Source: Paracoccus denitrificans (lineage in GTDB: Bacteria; Pseudomonadota; Alphaproteobacteria; Rhodobacterales; Rhodobacteraceae). From it: a stretch of 64,000 bases of DNA. The stretch is from the NCBI GenBank assembly GCA_003240735.1, contig QFNE01000014.1, positions 976 through 64,975 on the forward strand. The letters run 5' to 3'. Made by a program: the position numbers and the translations under genes. This document shows positions 39,996 to 48,371 of the stretch, in pieces. The notes beneath the pieces were generated by a model. The model was not told the DNA's origin, ran no database searches, and was given only the letters and a program-made list of their open reading frames with translations. Positions within the stretch are counted from its first letter, which is position 1, and every line of letters begins with the position of its first letter.

Positions 39996-40834
39996 CGACC
40001 CAACATCATGTCACCGCGGGCAAGGTCACCTTCGGAAACGATCTGCCCCTGACGCTGATCGCCGGGCCGTGCCAGCTGGAAACGCTGGACCATGCGCTGC
40101 GCATCGCTGACACGCTGGCGCAGGCCTGCGACGCGTCGGGTGCGGGGTTCGTATTCAAGGCGAGCTTTGACAAGGCCAACCGGACGTCCCTGTCCGGGCG
40201 GCGGGGTGTCGGGATCGATGAGGGGTTGGAGATGCTGGCCGCGGTCCGCGACCGCTTCGGCTGCCCTGTCCTGACCGACATCCACGACATCGAACAGGCA
40301 CAGCGCGCCGCCAAGGTTGTCGATATCATCCAGATCCCGGCGTTTCTGTGCCGCCAGACGGATCTTTTGTTGGCAGCCGGCAAGACCGGCGCGGTCGTGA
40401 ATGTCAAAAAGGGGCAGTTCTTGGCGCCTTGGGACATGGCGAATGTCGCTGACAAGGTCACGTCGACAGGCAACGACCGTGTTCTGCTGACGGAACGCGG
40501 GGTAAGCTTTGGCTACAACACGCTGGTTGCCGACATGCGCGCGCTGCCGATCATGATGCGGACGGGTCTGCCGGTCATCATGGACGCCACCCATTCGGTG
40601 CAGCAACCGGGCGGGCAGGGCGGCTCGTCTGGCGGGCAGCGCGAATTTGCGCCGGTGATGGCGCGCGCCGCGGTGTCGCTGGGAATCGCCGGGGTCTTCA
40701 TCGAAACCCATCAGGACCCCGACAACGCCCCGTCGGACGGCCCGAACATGGTTCGTCTGGAACAGATGCCCGCGCTGATCGCCAGCCTGATGCAGTTCGA
40801 TGCGCTGGCAAAGGCCGCGCCCCTGCACGTCTAG
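39992..40834 (+). CDS. kdsA: 3-deoxy-8-phosphooctulonate synthase
   Basis: LIAGPCQLE, FKASFDKANRTS, QIPAFLCRQTDLL, DATHSVQQPGG. The start overlaps the kpsE stop. Confidence 0.92.
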   Translation: MTTQHHVTAGKVTFGNDLPLTLIAGPCQLETLDHALRIADTLAQACDASGAGFVFKASFDKANRTSLSGRRGVGIDEGLEMLAAVRDRFGCPVLTDIHDIEQAQRAAKVVDIIQIPAFLCRQTDLLLAAGKTGAVVNVKKGQFLAPWDMANVADKVTSTGNDRVLLTERGVSFGYNTLVADMRALPIMMRTGLPVIMDATHSVQQPGGQGGSSGGQREFAPVMARAAVSLGIAGVFIETHQDPDNAPSDGPNMVRLEQMPALIASLMQFDALAKAAPLHV

Positions 40835-42012
40835 GCGCTAGCGATTGCCTTGGCGGCGGCGTGGGCCGACGCCCATGCCCACTGGAAGTTGTATCCGCCC
40901 AGCCAGCCGGTGACGTCGACGACCTCGCCGATGAAGTACAGGCCGGGGGCGCGGCGCGATTGCATCGTCCGCGCATCCAGATCGCGGGTATCAACACCGC
41001 CGACCGTCACTTCGGCCGTGCGATAGCCTTCGGTGCCCACCGGCTTGATCTGCCAGTCGTGCAGACGACGCGACAGCGCCTCGATCCGGGCGTTCGACAT
41101 GTCGCCAAGGCGCGCGGTCGAAAGGCCGTCTTCGGACAGCAGCATGTCGGCCAGCCGCGCCGGCAGCCAGGCCCCCAGACGTTGGACCAGGCGCTCCGCA
41201 CCGTGGGACTGGCGTGCGGCAGCCAGATCGCCTGCCACGTCGATGCCCGAAACCAGATCGACCGACAGCGGCTGTCCCGGCCGCCAATAACTGGAAATCT
41301 GCAGAATCGACGGGCCAGAGAGGCCGCGATGGGTGAACAACAGCCCGTCACGGAAAAGCGCCGCTTTGGTCGAAACCGATGCGGTCACCGACACCCCGGC
41401 CAACGGCGCGGTTCGCGCCAGCTCCTGCTCGGCGAAAGTCAGGGGGACGAGGCCGGCCCGGGTCTCGACAATCCGATGGCCGGTTTCCGTCGCGATGTCA
41501 TAGCCGACGCCCGTCGCACCGATCTTCGGAATTGACCGCCCGCCCGTCGCCACGACGACGTGACGCGCCATCAGCGGGCCGCTGTCCGTGCCGATCCGCC
41601 AGCCGTCACTTGCGGGTTCAACGCTGCCGATCTTGACCGCGGTCCGAAGCTCCGCTGGTTTCATCCGGTGGCGCAGCAGATCGACGATCTGCGTGGCCTT
41701 GCCGTCGCAGAAAAGCTGCCCTTGGGTTTTTTCGTGCCACGCGATTCCTGCGCGGTCGACCAGCGCCACGAAATCCTGTGGGGAGTAGCCCGACAACGCA
41801 GAGGCTGAAAACCGCGGGTTCGCGGACAGAAAACGTTCATGGCTGGTCGCCAGATTGGTGAAGTTGCACCGCCCCCCACCCGAGATACGAATTTTTTCGC
41901 CAACGACCCGCGCGTGGTCCAGAACCACGACTCGAAGGCCCGTTCCGGCAAGGCTCCCGGCGCAGAACAGGCCTGCCGCGCCTGCGCCCAATATGACGAC
42001 ATCCGTATCCAT
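40831..42012 (-). CDS. HI0933-family NAD(P)/FAD-dependent flavoprotein
   Basis: DVVILGAGAAGLFCA, KIRISGGGRCNFTN, C-terminal YFIGEVVDVTGWLGGYNFQWAW. Its 3' end overlaps kdsA by 4 nt (convergent). Confidence 0.8.
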   Translation of the reverse strand: MDTDVVILGAGAAGLFCAGSLAGTGLRVVVLDHARVVGEKIRISGGGRCNFTNLATSHERFLSANPRFSASALSGYSPQDFVALVDRAGIAWHEKTQGQLFCDGKATQIVDLLRHRMKPAELRTAVKIGSVEPASDGWRIGTDSGPLMARHVVVATGGRSIPKIGATGVGYDIATETGHRIVETRAGLVPLTFAEQELARTAPLAGVSVTASVSTKAALFRDGLLFTHRGLSGPSILQISSYWRPGQPLSVDLVSGIDVAGDLAAARQSHGAERLVQRLGAWLPARLADMLLSEDGLSTARLGDMSNARIEALSRRLHDWQIKPVGTEGYRTAEVTVGGVDTRDLDARTMQSRRAPGLYFIGEVVDVTGWLGGYNFQWAWASAHAAAKAIASA

Positions 42013-42064
42013 GGCCCGGGATTACTGCCGCAGGAAGAAAGCGGCAAGTTTGTTCAGATCGCCT

Positions 42065-42093
42065 CTTGCACCCCGCACCCGCGTTGGCTAAAC
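42065..42093 (+). promoter_or_regulatory. candidate sigma70-type promoter for tRNA-Gln
   Basis: CTTGCA (42065-42070), 17-nt spacer, CTAAAC (42088-42093), 12 nt upstream of the tRNA 5' end. Match by eye only. Confidence 0.3.
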
Positions 42094-42105
42094 CGCGTCC
42101 ACTGT

Positions 42106-42180
42106 TGGGGCGTGGCCAAGTGGTAAGGCGTCGGTTTTTGGTACCGTGTACCGTAGGTTCGAATCCTACCGCCCCAGCCA
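42106..42180 (+). tRNA. tRNA-Gln (anticodon UUG)
   Basis: Hand-folded cloverleaf: acceptor TGGGGCG/CGCCCCA with the U1:A72 pair typical of bacterial tRNA-Gln; D-loop AGTGGTAA; anticodon stem CGGT/ACCG with loop TTTTGGT (anticodon TTG); T arm GTAGG-TTCGAAT-CCTAC; encoded GCCA 3' end. Confidence 0.9.
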
Positions 42181-42280
42181 GTCTTACCTAAGCCGTTCAA
42201 TGCGTTGAATAATGTCTCTGTCTGAGGCTGCGAATTTGCCTGTGAAACAACGGTGTGAGACATCCGCCGGGTCGTTCTCG

Positions 42281-42400
42281 ATGGGACGGATCAACCATGT
42301 GAAGCGGCGGAATGCGACCTACGTCTGGCGCAGGTAATTTCCGGCAAATCTGAGGGCGAGGTCGCTGCGGGTCAGCCTTCGCACGACGAGCGCGCGTTGG
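42281..42400 (+). pseudogene. tyrosine-integrase N-terminal remnant (in-frame stop, truncated)
   Basis: Manual translation: MGRINHVKRRNATYVWRR*FPANLRARSLRVSLRTTSAR. It follows the pattern (R)RG..YYFRRRVP.DLR......SLrT seen at the N-terminus of many tRNA-targeting integrases. TAA at 42335 interrupts it, and no catalytic domain follows. Degraded coding debris may continue to about 42660. Confidence 0.4.
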
Positions 42401-42655
42401 CTGCCTTATTCGGCGGGGTCAGCGCGATGTCTAGTTGCCGACGCCTATCAATACGGCTTTTATCACACCTTTTCTTCAGTCTGCCCGCCCTAATCGGGCC
42501 ATGGCCAAGCACGACCATCGAAAAGGCCGAGATCGTGGCCCGGCTCAATGACTTTCTGGGAATGCTCCGTCTTCGTCAGGTTCGTGTCGGCCCCGGATGC
42601 GTTGTTGCGCCAAAGCATCATCGGTCTTATCCACTTATTTCAGCTTCTGGTAATA

Positions 42656-42675
42656 GTTGACAGAAATGGTTGACA
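42656..42675 (+). promoter_or_regulatory. GTTGACA direct repeat upstream of the TonB-dependent receptor (candidate promoter/operator)
   Basis: GTTGACA at 42656-42662 and 42669-42675 (13-bp period) within taatagttgacagaaatggttgacattctcatt, 42 nt upstream of ATG 42717. Both copies contain the TTGACA -35 consensus. Confidence 0.3.
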
Positions 42676-42716
42676 TTCTCATTCAGGGTCGAACCCTGCG
42701 TAAGGATTTTGCGCCT

Positions 42717-45002
42717 ATGTTTCGTCAAAAATACTTTGCCCTGTTGATGATAATCACGACTATCATTTTGATTTCGGGTCCGACCGGAGCAAGTGCTCAA
42801 GATCAGCAAACGGACGGACGTACAGTTGTTCTGGATACGATCGTGCTGATAGCCGAGGATGGGGTCGGGCCTGTGAACGGCATCATCGCCAGCCGCTCGG
42901 CCAGTGGAACCAAGACTGACACGCCGATCATCGAGACGCCTCAGACCGTCACGGTCATCCCCCGCGACCAGTTCGAGCAGCAGGGCGCCACGACGATCAC
43001 GGAAACGCTGCGCTATTCCTCGGGCGTGATCAGCGGCACCAACGGCGGCCAGTCTGGGCGATTTGACAGCTACTTCGTGCGCGGCGCTGGCGGCTTTTCC
43101 GCCGATGCGAACAATGCCAACACCGTCGATGGCCTGCGGTGGCGCATTCCGGGACGCTCGGGCGTCCAATACGATCAGTGGATGATCGAGCGGGTCGAGG
43201 TCGTGAAAGGCCCGTCGGCCACGTTGTTCGGTTCGGGATCGACCGGCGGTGTCGTGAACCTCGTCACGAAGCGGCCGCAGTTCACCCCGTCGCGGGAGGT
43301 CTTCACCGCAATCGACAGCTGGGGAAAGGTCGAGACAGGCCTTGATGTCACCGGTCCCATCAATGACCGGCTGGCCTATCGGATCATAGCGCTGGGTCGC
43401 AAAGGTGATACCTTCATTGATGAGCAGCACGATGAACGTTTCCTGATCGCGCCGTCGCTGACCTGGAAGCCGCGCGAGGGCACCACGATCACGCTTCAGG
43501 CGCTGTATCAGCGCGACCCGATTTCGCCGGACGCGAACTTCATCACACCTTACGGCTCGGTCCTACCGATTCCGGGTTATGGCAAAGTCGATCCCGGATT
43601 CTGGCAGGGCGACACCAATTACCGCGAATATAGTCGCAAGCAGAGGACGCTCGGCTGGCAGATTGATCACGAGATTAATGAGAATTGGTCATTCCACTCG
43701 GGTTTCCGCTGGGGCCGGATGCAGACGACCAGCAAGTCGCTCGACTATGCCTATTCGGTCGGGCCGGTGATCTATCGCAACGCGCTGCTTGCGGTCCACG
43801 ACACGGAATCGACCAGCACCGACAACTACGTCACGGGCAAGCTTTCGCTTGGACCGACAGAACATACCGTTCTTGCCGGGGTCGATTACCAGAAGCTGTC
43901 GAAGGACTGGCAGAACGGATCAGGGTTCCCGAACGTCTATCCCCTCGACATCACTGCCCCGGTGCGCGGGGTGGCGGTGGTCGATCCCGTCGCCACGACG
44001 ACCATCAAGCAGCCGTTCGAGCAGACCGGCATCTACCTGCAGGATCAGATCAGCTACGGCAAATGGCGCATTCTCGGCAGCCTGCGCCACGATTGGCTGA
44101 ACGCCTCGAACGGTCGGTTCAACATCGCGACGGGGTTGGGCAGCAGCCAGTCCTCGAAAAACGAAAAGACGACCTGGCGGCTTGGCACGGTCTATATGAT
44201 GGATAGCGGCTATGCGCCCTTCATCAGCTACTCGACCTCGTTCGAGCCTCAGCTCGGCCTTAAGGCAGACGGCTCGCGGCTCCAGCCGTCAAACGGCCGG
44301 ATGCTGGAGGCGGGCATCCGCTTCGCCGCCCCCGACACCAGCCTGACGTGGAGCGTGACGGCCTTCACCGGCGAGCGTGACAAGTTCGCGGTGGGCGACT
44401 CTGTCAACCAGGCACAGTGCCTTGCGACGACAGGCGCGGCCAACGGCTGTCAGACCGACGGCAACAAGGTTCGCTATCGTGGCGTCGAGCTGGAGGCGAA
44501 GGCCCAGATGTCCGAAGGCGTCGATGTGATCGGCGCGGTGACATTCCAGAATGTGCGCCTGACCGAGTCGTCGGACATCGGCATCAATCCGGATATCGTG
44601 AACGGCGACCGCTCGGTCAACAAGCACATGGTCGGCGTTCCGGACCACTACGCCTCGCTCTGGGTCAACTACAAGGCACCCGAAGGCCGCCCGCTGAACG
44701 GTTGGACCTTTGGTGGGGGCGTCCGCTACATCGGCTCGACCTACGGCACCACGACCAATGTGTGGGGTGCGAGCGAGGGCATCTATGCCGGCCGCAAATC
44801 GAAGGTGCCTTCGTTCACGCTCATTGACGCAGCAGTCGGATACGACTTCGGGGCACGTTACCCCGACCTGACCGGGTTGGAGGCCAAGCTGACGGTCCAC
44901 AACCTGCTCGACAAGGGCTATGTCGCGTCCTGCAACGGGTATGGCACCTGCTCGTTCGGCGAAGAGCGGACGGCCCGGCTGGCGGTCGCCTATAAATGGT
45001 GA
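42717..45002 (+). CDS. TonB-dependent siderophore receptor
   Basis: ORF 42657.. (TTG) trimmed to ATG 42717. Signal peptide, TonB box VVLDTIVL, plug (TPQTVTVIPRDQFEQQGATTITETLRYSSGV), 22-strand barrel length, C-terminal ...RTARLAVAYKW. Confidence 0.9.
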   Translation: MFRQKYFALLMIITTIILISGPTGASAQDQQTDGRTVVLDTIVLIAEDGVGPVNGIIASRSASGTKTDTPIIETPQTVTVIPRDQFEQQGATTITETLRYSSGVISGTNGGQSGRFDSYFVRGAGGFSADANNANTVDGLRWRIPGRSGVQYDQWMIERVEVVKGPSATLFGSGSTGGVVNLVTKRPQFTPSREVFTAIDSWGKVETGLDVTGPINDRLAYRIIALGRKGDTFIDEQHDERFLIAPSLTWKPREGTTITLQALYQRDPISPDANFITPYGSVLPIPGYGKVDPGFWQGDTNYREYSRKQRTLGWQIDHEINENWSFHSGFRWGRMQTTSKSLDYAYSVGPVIYRNALLAVHDTESTSTDNYVTGKLSLGPTEHTVLAGVDYQKLSKDWQNGSGFPNVYPLDITAPVRGVAVVDPVATTTIKQPFEQTGIYLQDQISYGKWRILGSLRHDWLNASNGRFNIATGLGSSQSSKNEKTTWRLGTVYMMDSGYAPFISYSTSFEPQLGLKADGSRLQPSNGRMLEAGIRFAAPDTSLTWSVTAFTGERDKFAVGDSVNQAQCLATTGAANGCQTDGNKVRYRGVELEAKAQMSEGVDVIGAVTFQNVRLTESSDIGINPDIVNGDRSVNKHMVGVPDHYASLWVNYKAPEGRPLNGWTFGGGVRYIGSTYGTTTNVWGASEGIYAGRKSKVPSFTLIDAAVGYDFGARYPDLTGLEAKLTVHNLLDKGYVASCNGYGTCSFGEERTARLAVAYKW

Positions 45003-46117
45003 GATCCGTGACCATCGGACGCGCGCTGACGTGGTTGATGGTCCTGATGTGCATCATGGCGATATCGGTGGCCCACGCCGCCGACATCACCATCACGGAT
45101 GACACCGGGCGCGAGGTGACGCTGTCCGCGCCGGCGCGGCGCATCATTCTGACCGATGGCATGGCTGTCACCGCTCTGGCACTGATCGACCGCGAGCCGG
45201 CAACGATCCTCGCGGGGTATAATCGCGCCCGCATCGACCCCGCCGCCCTTGCCCAGCTTGAGAAAGGGATGCCCGGCCTCACCTCAGTCCCCGACATCGG
45301 CGACCCTGGAATGGGGGGATCGTTGGAGGGGGTCATCGCACTGCGGCCCGACCTCGTGATCCTCGACCCCTTCTACAATCGCTCGCCCCAGGCGATCCGA
45401 ACGATGGAGGCTGCGGGAATCGCGGTGGCGGTCATCGCCATCACGCCCCTGCCGGCCGAGGATCATCCCCACGACGGCCTGCGTCGCCTTGGCGTGTTGA
45501 CAGGGCGGTCCGAGGCAGCGAATGCCTATGCCGACTGGGCGGATGCCCGGCTTGCCAATATCCGCAAGCGCGCAGCGACCGTGGCCCCCGGCGCCCGGCC
45601 AGCAGTCCTGATCGAGGCCCACGCCGGGCGCGGCAAATGCTGCCTCGCTGTCGGTGCGGGCAGGGGGATCGGCGAATTCGTCGACCTCGTCGGCGGCATC
45701 AACATCGGCGCCGAGGTGTTGTCCGGCATGGCGGGCGAGTTGTCGCCCGAATACGTCTTGGCCCGTGCTCCGCAGGTCTATATCGCAACCGGGGGCCCCT
45801 ATCTGGCCGGAACCGACGGCCTGGTGATCGGCCCCGGCGTGTCAGAGGCCGAGGCCGAGGCCGGGCTTTCGCGTGTCGTGCAGCGGTTGGGCATAGAGGG
45901 CACGCCCGCGCAGACTGCAGGGCAGGTGCACGGAATCTGGCACGGTCTGGCGGTGTCGGCCTTCAACATCGTGGCGATGGAGGCCGTTGCCCGCTGGACC
46001 AACCCCACGCTCTTCGCCGATATTGATCCACGACTGACGATGGACGAAATCAACACTCGCTTTCTTGCAGCGCCCTTGGCGGGCGCGTTGTGGGTGTCGC
46101 CGGAAGGGAATGAATGA
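44996..46117 (+). CDS. iron-siderophore-type ABC substrate-binding protein (FhuD/FecB class)
   Basis: Signal peptide ending VAHA; ITITDDTGREVTLSAPARRIILTDG; LRPDLVILDPF. The start overlaps the receptor stop (ATGGTGA). Confidence 0.8.
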   Translation: MVRSVTIGRALTWLMVLMCIMAISVAHAADITITDDTGREVTLSAPARRIILTDGMAVTALALIDREPATILAGYNRARIDPAALAQLEKGMPGLTSVPDIGDPGMGGSLEGVIALRPDLVILDPFYNRSPQAIRTMEAAGIAVAVIAITPLPAEDHPHDGLRRLGVLTGRSEAANAYADWADARLANIRKRAATVAPGARPAVLIEAHAGRGKCCLAVGAGRGIGEFVDLVGGINIGAEVLSGMAGELSPEYVLARAPQVYIATGGPYLAGTDGLVIGPGVSEAEAEAGLSRVVQRLGIEGTPAQTAGQVHGIWHGLAVSAFNIVAMEAVARWTNPTLFADIDPRLTMDEINTRFLAAPLAGALWVSPEGNE

Positions 46118-47196
46118 CCGAGACCGCGCCATGGAGCAATCTGGCTGAAGCCGAACTATCTGTAACGGATGCCCGCGACGTCGCGCGCCGCACCGCGGAA
46201 CACCTTGCGGGGCATGGAGGCAGCCTTACTGAAACGAACGAAGGCTGGACGATCGATTTCGGTCTGCGTCGTTCCACGATCCTTGTAGCGGGTGATCGGA
46301 TCGCCCTGCGATCGGAAGGCCGCGATGCCTCACTTGAGCAGGAAATGCGCCTTGATCTGGCGGGACATCTGGCCGAATTCGGAGGCCCCGCGCATATCGA
46401 CTGGCCCGGTGCCGACCCGATCGTCGCCCCACCCAGCTTCCGGCTGATGACGGTTGAGGCGGTGAGCGATTTGACGCCGCATATGCGCCGCGTGAGGCTG
46501 CGCGGCCCCGACCTGCTTCGCTTTGCTACGCTCAGGGCGATGCATTGCAAACTGCTTATCCCGCCACGGGACACGGTGCAGCTCTGGCCGTCTCTCGACC
46601 CAGATGGCCGATTGACCGTCGGCAACGGAATCGCCCGCAAATACACCATCCGTGCTGTTGATCCGGTGGCCGGCTGGATGGACGTTGACTTTGTGATCCA
46701 CGAGGTCGCCGGTCCGGTATCCGATTGGGCCAGTCAGGCAGCGCCGGGACAACGTCTAGGGCTGACCGGGCCCGGAGGGGGCGGCATCCGCCTGGGCGGA
46801 CCGATCCTCATGGCAGGCGATGCGACCGCGCTGCCAGCCATCGCCCGTGCCATCGAGGCCTGCCCACATGGGTTATCGGCGCGCGCCCTGATCGAGGTTT
46901 CGGGCCCGGGGGAGATCCAGCAGATCGACAACCCCGCGGGCGTCGCCATCGACTGGATCGAGACTGGCACCGCCCGACCGAGCGCACGTCTGGCCGAGGC
47001 GGTCGCCGATCTGGCCCCCCATGCGGACACTTCCGTCTGGGTCGGATGCGAGTTCGACGGATTCCGCACGATCCGGTCTGACCTACGCGGTCGCTTGGCC
47101 CATCCGCGCGACCGTCATCTTGTTGTATCCTATTGGCGTAATGGAATGGCAGCCGATCGCATGGAGCGAAGGATATTGGAACGGGGCGTGACCTGA
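46114..47196 (+). CDS. siderophore-interacting (ferric-reductase, SIP/ViuB-like) protein with an N-terminal DUF2218-like domain
   Basis: Residues ~110-360: FAD-binding RKYTIRAVD, NAD(P)-binding LMAGDATALPAIARAIE, C-terminal VSYWR. Residues ~1-105 (ARRTAEHLAGHG...GWTIDFGLRRSTILVAGDRIALRSEGRDASLEQEMRLDLAGHLAEFG) follow the DUF2218 pattern as I recall it. Confidence 0.75.
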   Translation: MTETAPWSNLAEAELSVTDARDVARRTAEHLAGHGGSLTETNEGWTIDFGLRRSTILVAGDRIALRSEGRDASLEQEMRLDLAGHLAEFGGPAHIDWPGADPIVAPPSFRLMTVEAVSDLTPHMRRVRLRGPDLLRFATLRAMHCKLLIPPRDTVQLWPSLDPDGRLTVGNGIARKYTIRAVDPVAGWMDVDFVIHEVAGPVSDWASQAAPGQRLGLTGPGGGGIRLGGPILMAGDATALPAIARAIEACPHGLSARALIEVSGPGEIQQIDNPAGVAIDWIETGTARPSARLAEAVADLAPHADTSVWVGCEFDGFRTIRSDLRGRLAHPRDRHLVVSYWRNGMAADRMERRILERGVT

Positions 47197-47549
47197 CGGG
47201 AGCGGACTGGAGCGTGTCCGGCGAGATTGCGCCCTGAGCTCGGACGCTGCACGGCAAGGCCAAACTTGGTCATGGCTGACACTATCAACCTGACTTTGCA
47301 CAACAGGGTGCGAGCAGGATGGCTGAGAAGCTTTAACGGGTCCAAGTGGAACCTCTAGGTTGCAGATTGGACGGCGAGCCATTTTTCAGATGGCGAGCCT
47401 GTGTTTGCTGAACCGACGGACGCCACCGTGCGATCAATCTTGATCGTCAAATGTTACGCGAACTTGGTGTGGTTCGCCGCGATACGCGGCATCCGCTGCG
47501 CAGTCCCTCGGGACGCGCGCGGCAGTCGCAGGTCACACCAGTTGTCAGA

Positions 47550-48371
47550 TCAGGACTTTCCGATCCACGGCAGGAAGCGGCGCTCGATCAGGCGCAGGCC
47601 GACCTCGCAGATCGTGGCGAGGGCCGAGATCACAAGGATCCCGGCGATCACCATGTCGGTCACCAGAAACTGTGCGGCGACCTGGATCATGTAGCCGAGG
47701 CCCTTGGTCGCAGCGACCAGTTCGGCTGCGACAAGGGTGGTCCATCCGGCACCCAGTGCGATGCGGATGCCCGTCAGGATCGACGGCAGTGCGGCAGGCA
47801 GGGTGACGGTGGACACCAGTTGTCGCGGCGTCGCGCCCAGACTGCGCGCGGCGCGGATCTGGCTTTCGCTGGCCGCCCGCACGCCCGCCACGGTCGAGAT
47901 CACGATGGGGGCCAGCATGGCGATCCCGATGACCAGAATCTTCGACGGCTCTCCGATCCCGCACCAGATGATGATCAGCGGCAGATAGGCGAGCGGTGGC
48001 AGTGGTCGGATGAACTCGATGATCGGGTCCAAGATGCCGCGGCCGATCTTTGATGTGGCGATCAGCAGTCCCGCAGGAATGCCGATGGCCATTGTGCAGG
48101 CGAGGGCCGCGATGACGCGCCACAGGCTGGCGCCCATGTGCTGCCACAGCGTGGCGTTCGCGTATCCGTCGGTGGCCGCGCGGACCAGCGCATGCCAGAC
48201 CCGAAGCGGGGACGGCAGGAAAACCGGCGACACCCACATCCGGGCCGAGGCAACCGACCACAGCGTCAGAAAGATCGCGGCCGTTGCCAGACCAAGAATC
48301 AGACCTGCAGGCAGGCTGGGGCGAAAGGTGGATCGCACGGATCGCGGGGTCAGGGTGACGTCGGACATCAC
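47550..48371 (-). CDS. tauC: taurine/aliphatic sulfonate ABC transporter permease
   Basis: 273 aa, 6 TM, EAA loop (AARSLGATPRQLVSTVTLPAALPSILTG). Confidence 0.8.
   Translation of the reverse strand: MMSDVTLTPRSVRSTFRPSLPAGLILGLATAAIFLTLWSVASARMWVSPVFLPSPLRVWHALVRAATDGYANATLWQHMGASLWRVIAALACTMAIGIPAGLLIATSKIGRGILDPIIEFIRPLPPLAYLPLIIIWCGIGEPSKILVIGIAMLAPIVISTVAGVRAASESQIRAARSLGATPRQLVSTVTLPAALPSILTGIRIALGAGWTTLVAAELVAATKGLGYMIQVAAQFLVTDMVIAGILVISALATICEVGLRLIERRFLPWIGKS

Larger units (their letters stand above)
42181..47549. mobile_element. degenerate tRNA-Gln-associated genomic islet (integrase remnant plus siderophore uptake genes)
   Basis: It begins exactly at the tRNA 3' end. The flanks (42181-42800 and 47197-47549) are visibly AT-richer than the surrounding DNA. 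It holds a stop-interrupted integrase N-terminal fragment and iron-acquisition cargo. I found no exact attR copy of the tRNA 3' end, so the right boundary is approximate. Confidence 0.35.

Noticed and set aside
42397-42660. 87-aa ORF between the integrase remnant and the TonB-dependent receptor
   Set aside because: It has a TTG start, low GC, odd composition (many Ser/Leu/Arg) and no motif. It lies in what looks like decayed integrase or island-border sequence, so it is more likely debris than a gene.
42600-42716. Fur box or cobalamin/other riboswitch upstream of the TonB-dependent receptor
   Set aside because: There is no acceptable match to GATAATGATAATCATTATC by eye. No B12-box-like element is present, and the leader is too short (under 120 nt from the island debris) for a known riboswitch. 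Only the GTTGACA repeat is retained as an observation.
47342-47381. Possible attR / tRNA-like fragment (CCAAGTGG ... TAGGTT ... GAGCCA) at the right end of the islet
   Set aside because: Only about 15 of 27 positions match the tRNA-Gln 3' segment when aligned by eye. The T-loop GGTTCGAATCC is not present, and the spacing to the D-arm-like octamer is wrong. I found no exact direct repeat of the tRNA 3' end of 12 nt or more. A computed repeat search of 42150-42180 against 42181-52000 is needed to be sure.
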